Source of the DNA: an uncultured Acidobacteriota bacterium
GTDB lineage: Bacteria > Acidobacteriota > Thermoanaerobaculia > Multivoradales > UBA5704
Assembly: GCA_963700145.1 (NCBI GenBank)
Contig: OY969474.1
Coordinates: 3,968,001 to 4,032,000, forward strand
DNA: 64,000 bases
Direction: 5' to 3'
Below the pieces are notes generated by a model, which had not been told where the DNA came from, ran no database searches, and worked only from the letters and a program-made list of their open reading frames with translations. This document shows, one piece after another, positions 51,029-58,517 of the stretch (the first letter of the stretch is position 1; the number at the start of each line of letters is the position of its first letter). Position numbers and translations under genes: made by a program.

Positions 51029-53191
51029 TCACCTCCCTCCCGGCGCCGCCCCCGCCGCGGGCCCGGCAAGACGGGCCAGGAGGCGGCGGGCGGCCGAGCG
51101 CTGCTCGGCGAGCTCGGGGGTGTCCGCGGCCGCGGCCAGGAAGTCGCGGTAAGCGGCGATGGCGGCGGCGCGCCGGCCCAGGAGGTCGAGCGCGATGCCG
51201 CGGTTGAGACGGATCTCGTGCTGGGCGGGAGCGAGCGTCAGGGCGCGCTCGAAGAGCGGCAGGGCGTCGGCCGGCCGGTCGCGCGCCACGGCCAGGGTGC
51301 CGAGGCCGTTGAGCGCCTCCCCGTAGCCCGGCGCGGCGGCCAGCGCCCGGCGGTAGGCGTCCTCCGCCTCGTCGAGCCGGCCTTCGGCGCGCAGCGCGTT
51401 GCCCAGGTTGTTGAGCGCCGGGGCGTTGCGCGGGTCGAGCTCGGCGGCGCGCGCGAAGGCGCGCCGCGCGGCGGCCGCGTCCCCCTCGGCGAGGAGGGCC
51501 ACGCCGAGGGCGTTGTGCGCCTCCGGCGCCTCGGCATCGAGGCGCACGGCCTCGCGGCTCGCCAGCGCAGCCTCCTCGCCTTCGCCCGCCTCCTGGAGCG
51601 TCGCCGCGAGGTTGTACCAGCCGTTCGGGTCGCCGGGAGCGACGTCCACCGCTCGACGGTAGAGCGGGATGGCGCGATGGAGCTCGCCGGCCTCGCGGTA
51701 GGCCTTGGCCAGCTCGCCGATGAAGACCGGGTTTGCCGAGTCCGCGGCTAAGAGCTGGGTGAGGGAGTCGGTTGCCTCTGCCACGCGGCCGGCGCGCAGA
51801 CCGTTGTGCGCTTGCTCGTACCGCCGGAAGAGCGCGATGCGGTCCTTGGGATCCGCACCGCGCACCGTAGCGCCCGGGCCACGTCCCGGGCGTTTTGCCG
51901 CGGTCGCGTACCCGAGGCTCGCGAGCTTCGCCGCACTCTCGGCGTCGCGCGCCGGGACCGCCGGCTCGACCGCTTGACGCTCGATCTCGGCGATCCGCTC
52001 GGCGAATCCCTGCCGCGCCTCCTGACCTGAAAGATTTGTCTTTTCTCCCGGATCGCGCCGCAGGTCGTAGAGCTCGGGGCGCGGCGCTTGGATGTACTTG
52101 ACCTCGCGCCGCCGCAGCGCCGCGAGCCGGCTCCAGCCGAAGACCTCCGGATAGTGCGTCTCGGCGTAGAGGTCGGCGGCGGCCGGCTCCTCGCCGGCGA
52201 GGAGCGCGGCGGAGAGGTCGCGTCCCGCCAGTCCTGCCGGCGCGTCGACGGCCAGCCCGCCCTCCACCAGGCCCGAGAGGGTCGGCCCGAGATCGGCGAG
52301 TCCCACGGGAGTCTCTACGACGGTGCCGCCCCGGAAGTTCCCGGGCGCGCGCAGCAGCAGCGGCACGCGCAGCGTCGGCTCGTAGAGGAAAAAGCCGTGC
52401 GTCAGCTCGCCGTGCTCGCCGAGCGCCTCGCCGTGGTCGGCCGCCACCGCCACCACCGTGTCGCCGGCCAAGCCGAGCCGGTCGAGCGCCGCGAGGAGCC
52501 GCCCCACCTGCGCGTCGGCGAAGGCCACCTCGCCGTCGTAGGGGCGCCCGGCGTGGCGCTCGCGGAAGGGCGCCGGTGGCGCGTACGGCGCGTGCGCGTC
52601 GTAGAGGTGCACCCAGAGGAAGAACGGCCGCTCGGCGTCCTCGCCCGGCCGCTCCAGCCAGGCGAGCGCGCGGTCCACCACCTGGTCGCCGCGCCGCTCG
52701 GCTTCGAGGCTCGGCGCCGTGTCGGGGCCGCGCTCGATCTCGTCGTCGTAGGTCGCGAAGCCGCGGTCGAGGCCGAAGCGGCGGTCGAGGACGAAGGCGC
52801 CGAGGAAGGCGGCGGTGCGGTAGCCGCGCGCGGCGAGCGCCGTCGCCAGCGTCGGGCGGTCGGCGGGGAAGGCGCCGGCGCCGTTGTTGCGCAGCCCGTG
52901 CGCCGGCGGCAGGAGGCCCGAGAGGAGGCTGGCGTGGGCCGGCAGGGTGAGCGGCGCCGGCGAGGAGGCCTGGGCGAAGCGCACCCCCTCGCGCGCCAGG
53001 CGGTCGAGCGCCGGCGTCGCGACGGACCCGCCGTAGCAGCCGACGCGGTCGGCGCGCACGGTGTCGAGCGTGACGAGGAGGACGTTGGCGCCCGGGCGCG
53101 CGGCGCCGTCGCGCGCACAGCCGCCGGCCACGAGCGCGAGCGCGGCCGCGACGACGATGCGGAGCGTCAGGCGCGCACCGGCATGAGGCAT
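51029..53191 (-). CDS. Sulfatase-like lipoprotein fused to TPR repeats
   Basis: NVLLVTLDTVRAD, TLPAHASLLSG, ADHGE, ELYDL..DPGE; C-terminal TPRs. Confidence 0.85.
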   Translation of the reverse strand: MPHAGARLTLRIVVAAALALVAGGCARDGAARPGANVLLVTLDTVRADRVGCYGGSVATPALDRLAREGVRFAQASSPAPLTLPAHASLLSGLLPPAHGLRNNGAGAFPADRPTLATALAARGYRTAAFLGAFVLDRRFGLDRGFATYDDEIERGPDTAPSLEAERRGDQVVDRALAWLERPGEDAERPFFLWVHLYDAHAPYAPPAPFRERHAGRPYDGEVAFADAQVGRLLAALDRLGLAGDTVVAVAADHGEALGEHGELTHGFFLYEPTLRVPLLLRAPGNFRGGTVVETPVGLADLGPTLSGLVEGGLAVDAPAGLAGRDLSAALLAGEEPAAADLYAETHYPEVFGWSRLAALRRREVKYIQAPRPELYDLRRDPGEKTNLSGQEARQGFAERIAEIERQAVEPAVPARDAESAAKLASLGYATAAKRPGRGPGATVRGADPKDRIALFRRYEQAHNGLRAGRVAEATDSLTQLLAADSANPVFIGELAKAYREAGELHRAIPLYRRAVDVAPGDPNGWYNLAATLQEAGEGEEAALASREAVRLDAEAPEAHNALGVALLAEGDAAAARRAFARAAELDPRNAPALNNLGNALRAEGRLDEAEDAYRRALAAAPGYGEALNGLGTLAVARDRPADALPLFERALTLAPAQHEIRLNRGIALDLLGRRAAAIAAYRDFLAAAADTPELAEQRSAARRLLARLAGPAAGAAPGGR
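51867..51896. repeat. GTAG-type REP-like hairpin in coding linker
   Basis: GTAG-CGCCCGGG-ccacgt-CCCGGGCG-TTTT; 25/26 identical to intergenic 56892-56917. Confidence 0.65.
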
Positions 53192-53377
53192 GAGCGGGAA
53201 CCGGCGGTGGTCCAGCATTTCATCGAAGGGGCCTCGGCGCCGAGAATAGCGAAAAGGCTCTGGGTCGGGAAGGGTGCGAGTGTGTCCAAAGCGTTGAGTC
53301 CAAAACTCTGAATGCCACGGCGCGCGGGCGCGCTTTGATACCATCCCGTGCCTCATGAACGCTGCGAGGACCCGACC

Positions 53378-53875
53378 ATGACCGACGGCTACGACGCGGC
53401 GCGCGGGCGCCGCAACGCGCTCGAGCGGCTGGGGGAGAAGATCCCCGGCTTCCGCGGCTTCCAGGACCGCGAGCTGCGGCGCGACGTGGACCGCCTGCAG
53501 CGCGAGCACCTGGCCACGGAGCTCACCCATATCAAAGGTGCCTTGCGCCAGCGCGCCCGCGCCGCCGCCGACCGCGGCGGGCTCGACGGGCTCGGCCCCT
53601 TCGAGCGGCTGGACCGCCAGCTCGACGGCCTGGCGCAGTCGGTGCGCTTCAGCGACTACGGCGCCGCCGGCCTCTTCGACGCGGTCAAGATCGGCGAGGC
53701 GGAGCTCGAGAAGCTCTACGAGTTCGACCTCGCGCTGCTCGACGAGGTGGCGGCGCTCGGAGGCGAGGCCGCGGAGGCCGACCCCGAGCGGTTGGAGGAG
53801 AAGGTGCGGGCGCTCGCCGACCGCTGGCGCCGCCGCGAGACGGTGATCTCCGACGTGGTGAAGACGGCGGGGTAG
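53378..53875 (+). CDS. Alpha-helical hypothetical protein, first gene of SPFH operon
   Basis: IPGFRGFQDRELRR..D, YG..GLFDAVKI.E.EL.KLYEFD. Confidence 0.75.
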   Translation: MTDGYDAARGRRNALERLGEKIPGFRGFQDRELRRDVDRLQREHLATELTHIKGALRQRARAAADRGGLDGLGPFERLDRQLDGLAQSVRFSDYGAAGLFDAVKIGEAELEKLYEFDLALLDEVAALGGEAAEADPERLEEKVRALADRWRRRETVISDVVKTAG

Positions 53876-53886
53876 GAGGGCTTCTC

Positions 53887-54936
53887 ATGGACGTCATCCA
53901 GCATCAAGACCCGACCGGCCAGACCATGGTGGCGCGCTGGCCGCGCGAAGGGACGGCGGCCATCCGCCTCGGCAGCCAGCTCGTCGTCGAGGAGAGCCAG
54001 CGCGCCGTCTTCTTCCGCGACGGCAAGGCGCTCGACACCTTCGGCCCCGGCCGCCACACCCTGGCGACCCAGAACCTGCCCATCCTGGCCAGCCTCTTCG
54101 GCATCCCCTTCGGCGGCACTTCGCCGTTCCAGGCGGCGGTCGTCTTCGTCTCGAGCAAGACCTTCACCGATCTCAAGTGGGGGACCAAGGAGCCGGTGGT
54201 CTACCGCGACCGCGAGCTGGCGATGGTGCGCCTGCGCGCCTTCGGCAAGTTCGCGGTGCGGGTGGCCGACCCGCAGCTCTTCGTCAACGGGCTGGTCGGC
54301 ACGATGGGCCTCTACACGACCGACGGCGTCGAGGCCTACTTCAAGGACGCCATCGTCGCCCGCCTGACCGACCTGCTGGGCGAGAACCTGACCTCGATCT
54401 TCGACCTGCCGCGGGTCTACGACGAGCTGGGGATGGGCTTGAAGGCGCGCGTCGCCGACGACTTCGGCAAGTACGGCATCGAGCTGGTCGATCTCTTCCT
54501 GGGCGCCATCACGCCGCCCGAGGAAGTGCAGAAGCTGATCGACGAGCGCACCGGCATGGGCGCGGTGGGCGACCTCGACGCCTACATGAAGTTCAAGGCG
54601 GCGCGGGCGGTGGGCGACGCGGCGCAGGCGAGCGGCGAGAGCGGCGCGGTGGGGGCCGGCCTCGGGCTGGGGATGGGTGCCGGGCTCGGCGCCATGCTTC
54701 CCGGCATGATGCGCGAGGCGATGCAGAGCGGCGCGGCGGGCCCCGGCGGCGGCGCTGCGCGCGCCGCCGACGGCGCCGGATCAACCGGCGGCAACCCCGC
54801 GCCCGCGGCCGGCGGCGCGGCGGCGAGCGAGACGCCCGGCGCCGGCGGCCCGCCGGCCTTCTGCGCGCAGTGCGGCAACCGCCTGCCGGCGAACGCCCGC
54901 TTCTGCCCCGCCTGCGGCGCCTCGGTCCCCGCGTAG
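53887..54936 (+). CDS. SPFH (YdjI-like) protein with C-terminal double zinc ribbon
   Basis: GSQLVV.ESQ.AVFFRDGK, PGRHTL.T.N.P, KWGT; CAQC...CPAC. Confidence 0.85.
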   Translation: MDVIQHQDPTGQTMVARWPREGTAAIRLGSQLVVEESQRAVFFRDGKALDTFGPGRHTLATQNLPILASLFGIPFGGTSPFQAAVVFVSSKTFTDLKWGTKEPVVYRDRELAMVRLRAFGKFAVRVADPQLFVNGLVGTMGLYTTDGVEAYFKDAIVARLTDLLGENLTSIFDLPRVYDELGMGLKARVADDFGKYGIELVDLFLGAITPPEEVQKLIDERTGMGAVGDLDAYMKFKAARAVGDAAQASGESGAVGAGLGLGMGAGLGAMLPGMMREAMQSGAAGPGGGAARAADGAGSTGGNPAPAAGGAAASETPGAGGPPAFCAQCGNRLPANARFCPACGASVPA

Positions 54937-54949
54937 AGCGAGCGGGCCG

Positions 54950-55735
54950 ATGCAGCCGGCCGTCGCGCCCGCCGTGCCCGCCGTCACCAACCGCCTCGCC
55001 TGCCCGCAGTGCGGCGGCGAGAACGCATTGGTGAGCGGCGAGCGCCTCCTCGCCTGCGCCTTCTGCGGCGCCGCCCTCTACGTCGACCGCTCCGGCCTCG
55101 TCTCCCACTACCGGCTGCCGCGCCTCCTCGACCGCGAGCGCGCCGCCGAAGCGCTGCGCCGCTGGATGGCGGGCAACGAAACGGTCAAGGACCTCGACCG
55201 GAAGGCTGTCGTCGAGGAGCTGGCGCCGGTCTCCTTCCCGATGTGGTTCTTCCGCATCCGGCTGGAGAGCGGAGAGGACGTGGCGGTCGAGCCCGCCGCC
55301 CCGACGCCGGTGCCGCAGCTCGCCGATCTCGACGTGCCGGCGGGGAAGCTCGAGCCGTACGCGCCGGAAGGGGGCGACGTCGAGGAGGTCGCCGCCGGCG
55401 TGCCGCTGGCGACGGCGCGCGGCTGGGTGCCGCGCCTGCGGGGTGAGATCGAGCCGAGCGAGACCGCCCTCGTCCACGTCCCGCTCTGGCGCTGCCGCTA
55501 CCGCTTCCGCGAGCAGCCCTACCTCGCCTACGTCGACGGCTCGACCGGCGCCGTCCTGGCCTCCGTCTTCCCGGCCAAGTCGGAGAGCCCGTACTACCTG
55601 GTGGCCGCGCTCGGGCTCCTCCTCTTCCTCGCCGAGGGGTTCCTGCTCCCGAACCTCCTGCTCAAGGCGGCGGCCTATCTCGTGACGGCTCTGCCGCTGG
55701 TGCTGCTGGCGTGGCTGGTGTCGAAGAAGGTATGA
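54950..55735 (+). CDS. Zn-ribbon membrane protein (YdjG-like)
   Basis: CPQCG...CAFCG; VPLWRCRY...VDGSTG; two C-terminal TMs. Confidence 0.75.
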   Translation: MQPAVAPAVPAVTNRLACPQCGGENALVSGERLLACAFCGAALYVDRSGLVSHYRLPRLLDRERAAEALRRWMAGNETVKDLDRKAVVEELAPVSFPMWFFRIRLESGEDVAVEPAAPTPVPQLADLDVPAGKLEPYAPEGGDVEEVAAGVPLATARGWVPRLRGEIEPSETALVHVPLWRCRYRFREQPYLAYVDGSTGAVLASVFPAKSESPYYLVAALGLLLFLAEGFLLPNLLLKAAAYLVTALPLVLLAWLVSKKV

Positions 55736-55744
55736 GCCCTGTCT

Positions 55745-55771
55745 GTCATCCCGAGCGAGAGCGAGGGACCT
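55745..55771 (+). repeat. GTCATCC-type short palindromic repeat
   Basis: GTCATCCCGAGCGAGAGCGAGGGACCT; related copy at 56948. Confidence 0.6.
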
Positions 55772-55796
55772 GGGGGAAGGGCGGCGCGGAGTCGTT

Positions 55797-56870
55797 GTGC
55801 CGAGGGGAGCTCCCCTGTTAGCAAGCCCGGCGTCGCCCGCCGCCGCGGTGCACGGCCTCTCCTGCCCGGCCTGCGGCGGCGCCCTGGAGGTCGCGCCCGG
55901 GCTGCGCGTCCTCGCCTGCCCCTTCTGCGGCACCCACCTCCTCGCCACCGGCGAGGCCGGCGTGCGCCGCTTCAGCGTCGAGGCGAAGCTCGACGCCGCC
56001 GCGGCGCGCGCCGCGGCGGTCGCCTGGCTGGCGGCGGGGTGGAACAAGGACCCGCGCTTGCGGCGCGAGGCCGAGCCGGCCGAGTCCTTCCTCTGCTTCC
56101 TCCCTTTCTTCCGCGTCCAGGCCGACGCCGTCGGGCTCGCCCTCGGCACCGAGGAGCGCCGGCGCACCGTGGGGTCCGGCAAGAACCGGCGCACCGAGAC
56201 CTACGAGGTGGACGTCGAGCGCACCGTCGAGCGCGTCTTCGACGAGACCTGCGCCGCCGTGCAGGTGGCGGAGTGGGGCGTGCAGCGGGTGAACCTGGCG
56301 GGCGACCGCCTGCTGCCGCACGACGCCGAGGCGCTGGCGAGCGCCGGCATGGTCTTCCCGCCCACCCGCTCGGAAGTCGAGGCGCGCGCCGCGGCCCTCG
56401 CCCGCTGCCGCGAGGAGGCCGATCCCGGCAAGGGGATGAAGCGCGTCCGCTTCCGCTTCCTCGAGACCCTGCGCGAGCGGTTGAGCGTCATCTGGTACCC
56501 GCTCTGGGTGGTGCGCTACCGCTTCCGCGGCCGCTCCTACCAGGTGCTGGTGGACGCCGAGGACGGCTCGCTCGCCTACGGCAAGGCGCCGGGCAACGAC
56601 CTCTACCGGGCGCTGATGATGGTGGGCGCCGAGGCGGCGGCCTGCTTCCTCTTCACCTCGACGCTGCAGCACCTCGTCGACTCCGACGACGGCTGCGGGG
56701 TCGTCGTCGGCGCCGGCGCCATCGCCCTCGCCATCCTCGCCTGGGGCTGGCGCCGCTTCCGCTGGGGCGGCGAGGTGGTCGAGGGGAGCGGCGTCGTCGC
56801 GGAGCCCGCGGCAGGCGGGGCGCTGGCGGCGGTCAAGGCGATGCTGCCGCGCGGGAGCTTCGGGAAATGA
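55797..56870 (+). CDS. Zn-ribbon membrane protein (YdjG-like paralog)
   Basis: CPACG...CPFCG; YPLWVVRY...VDAEDG; C-terminal TMs; start uncertain. Confidence 0.75.
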   Translation: MPRGAPLLASPASPAAAVHGLSCPACGGALEVAPGLRVLACPFCGTHLLATGEAGVRRFSVEAKLDAAAARAAAVAWLAAGWNKDPRLRREAEPAESFLCFLPFFRVQADAVGLALGTEERRRTVGSGKNRRTETYEVDVERTVERVFDETCAAVQVAEWGVQRVNLAGDRLLPHDAEALASAGMVFPPTRSEVEARAAALARCREEADPGKGMKRVRFRFLETLRERLSVIWYPLWVVRYRFRGRSYQVLVDAEDGSLAYGKAPGNDLYRALMMVGAEAAACFLFTSTLQHLVDSDDGCGVVVGAGAIALAILAWGWRRFRWGGEVVEGSGVVAEPAAGGALAAVKAMLPRGSFGK

Positions 56871-56891
56871 AGGCGTCCTGGGACAGCGTCT

Positions 56892-56973
56892 CGCCCGGGC
56901 TACGTCCCGGGCGTTTTCCGAGCGCAGCGAGCCATCTCCCCACCGCCGTCATCCTGAGCGCAGCGAAGGATCT
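56892..56973. repeat. Two adjacent short palindromic repeats
   Basis: CGCCCGGGctacgtCCCGGGCG and GTCATCCTGAGCGCAGCGAAGGATCT. Confidence 0.6.
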
Positions 56974-56994
56974 GGGCGGGGGAGGCTTTGCCCA

Positions 56995-57636
56995 GTGACC
57001 ACCGGCTTCCGTCTAGTACGCCTGCAGTGCCCGCAGTGCGGCTCCGGCATCGTCGCCGAGGGGGAGGACGTCGTCTACTACTGCGTCTCCTGCCGCTCGG
57101 GCTTTCGCTTCGACGCCGGCGCGCTGGCGCCGGTCGAGGTGGCGTTCCTGTCCGCGCCGGCGATCGCCGCCGGCCGCTGGCTGCCGTTCTGGGTCCTGCC
57201 GGCGCAGGTGACCCTGCACGAGCGCGACAGCACGCGCGGCGCCTTCAGCGGCCTCCTCGGCTTCCTCGGCGCCGGAGACGAGAAGCCCGGCGCGCCGGCG
57301 GCGGGCACCTTCGCCGTCCCCGCCTTCGCCGCCCTGCTCGGCGAGGTCACCGCGCTCGCCACCCGCTACACCCAGGAGCTGCCGCAGCTCCTCGCCCGCG
57401 GCGGCGAGCGCCTGGGCGAGCGCCTGACCGGCGGCCGCCTCGACGCCGCCGACGCCGAGAAGCTCGCCCACTTCACTCTCATCTCCTCCGAGGCCGCCAA
57501 GCCCGACACCCTCCGCACCCTCCGCTACACCCTCGACTTCGGCCCCGCCCGCCTCCTCGGCGTTCCCTTCGTCCAGAACGAAGGGCGCTGGACCGACGCC
57601 CACTTCAACCTCCCGGCGACACTGCCGGAGAGTTAG
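56995..57636 (+). CDS. Zn-ribbon protein (third paralog, soluble)
   Basis: CPQCG...CVSC; WLPFWV. Confidence 0.7.
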   Translation: MTTGFRLVRLQCPQCGSGIVAEGEDVVYYCVSCRSGFRFDAGALAPVEVAFLSAPAIAAGRWLPFWVLPAQVTLHERDSTRGAFSGLLGFLGAGDEKPGAPAAGTFAVPAFAALLGEVTALATRYTQELPQLLARGGERLGERLTGGRLDAADAEKLAHFTLISSEAAKPDTLRTLRYTLDFGPARLLGVPFVQNEGRWTDAHFNLPATLPES

Positions 57637-57646
57637 TCCTCCGAAG

Positions 57647-57952
57647 GGGACAGGTACGGGCCGCGTTCCACGGCTCGTCCGGCCGATGGGACAGGTTCGG
57701 CGCCGGGAACCGTCCATTTTCCGCCGCATGGGGCAGGTACGCGGACGAATGGGCCAGGTATGCGCCGTACCTGTCCCATTCGCGCGTGTACCCAGCCCAT
57801 TCGCCGGTGTACCTGCCCCATTCTCCGCCGTATGGCCCAGGTACACGCCGTACCTGTCCCATTCGCGCGTGTACCCAGCCCATTCGCCGGCATACCTGTC
57901 CCATTCTCGGCCGTACCTGTCCCATTCGCCGGCCTACCTTCCCATTCGCCGC
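57647..57952. repeat. 21-bp-period array with inverted left arm
   Basis: About 8 units GTACCTGTCCCATTCGCCGGC at 57767-57952; four reverse copies (GGGACAGGTAC-like) at 57647-57761. Confidence 0.9.
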
Positions 57953-58005
57953 TCGATCTCCGCCATGCGTGGCCGTACTTGCCGGGTTGCTGCAAAAATC
58001 TGCTC

Positions 58006-58516
58006 ATGACGAGACTCCGGATCGCCGCTCGGCTGCCGTTCCTTCCCTTTCTGCTCCTGACCGCCGTGCCGGCGCTCGCCGCCGCCCCAAACTGGCTGCC
58101 GGCCCACGGATTCGCCGATGTCAACGGCGCGCGGCTCTATTACGAGGTGGGCGGCAAAGCGGACGGTGTGCCGGTCGTCTTCCTCCACGGCGGCGAGATG
58201 GACAGCCGTATCTGGGACGGGCAGTGGGAGCGCTTCGGGAAGGACCGGCGCGTCGTGCGCTACGACGCGCGCGGCTACGGCGGCTCGAACCTGCCCGACG
58301 CCCCCTACTCCGACGCCGAGGATCTGGCGGCGCTCCCTCGACTACCTGGGGATCGAGCGCGCCCACCTCGTCGGGCTCTCGCTCGGCGGGCGGATCGCCA
58401 TCGACTTCGCGCTCGTCCAGCCGCGCCGGGTGGCCTCCCTCACCCTCGCCGGCCCGGGGCTCGCCGGCTTCGAGTTCTCCTACCCGGAGGCCGGCAAGCA
58501 CTTCTGGGACCAGTGA
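58006..58516 (+). pseudogene. Truncated secreted alpha/beta hydrolase (frameshift near 58338)
   Basis: VVFLHGG, RYDARGYGGS, GLSLGG present; stops before catalytic Asp/His region. Confidence 0.75.
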
Positions 58517-58517
58517 T

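Noticed and set aside
57647-57952. Repeat-derived ORFs (MGQVR.../RTCPIR...) as proteins, or as CRISPR
   Set aside because: The frames are open only because the period is a multiple of 3; no RBS or spacer structure
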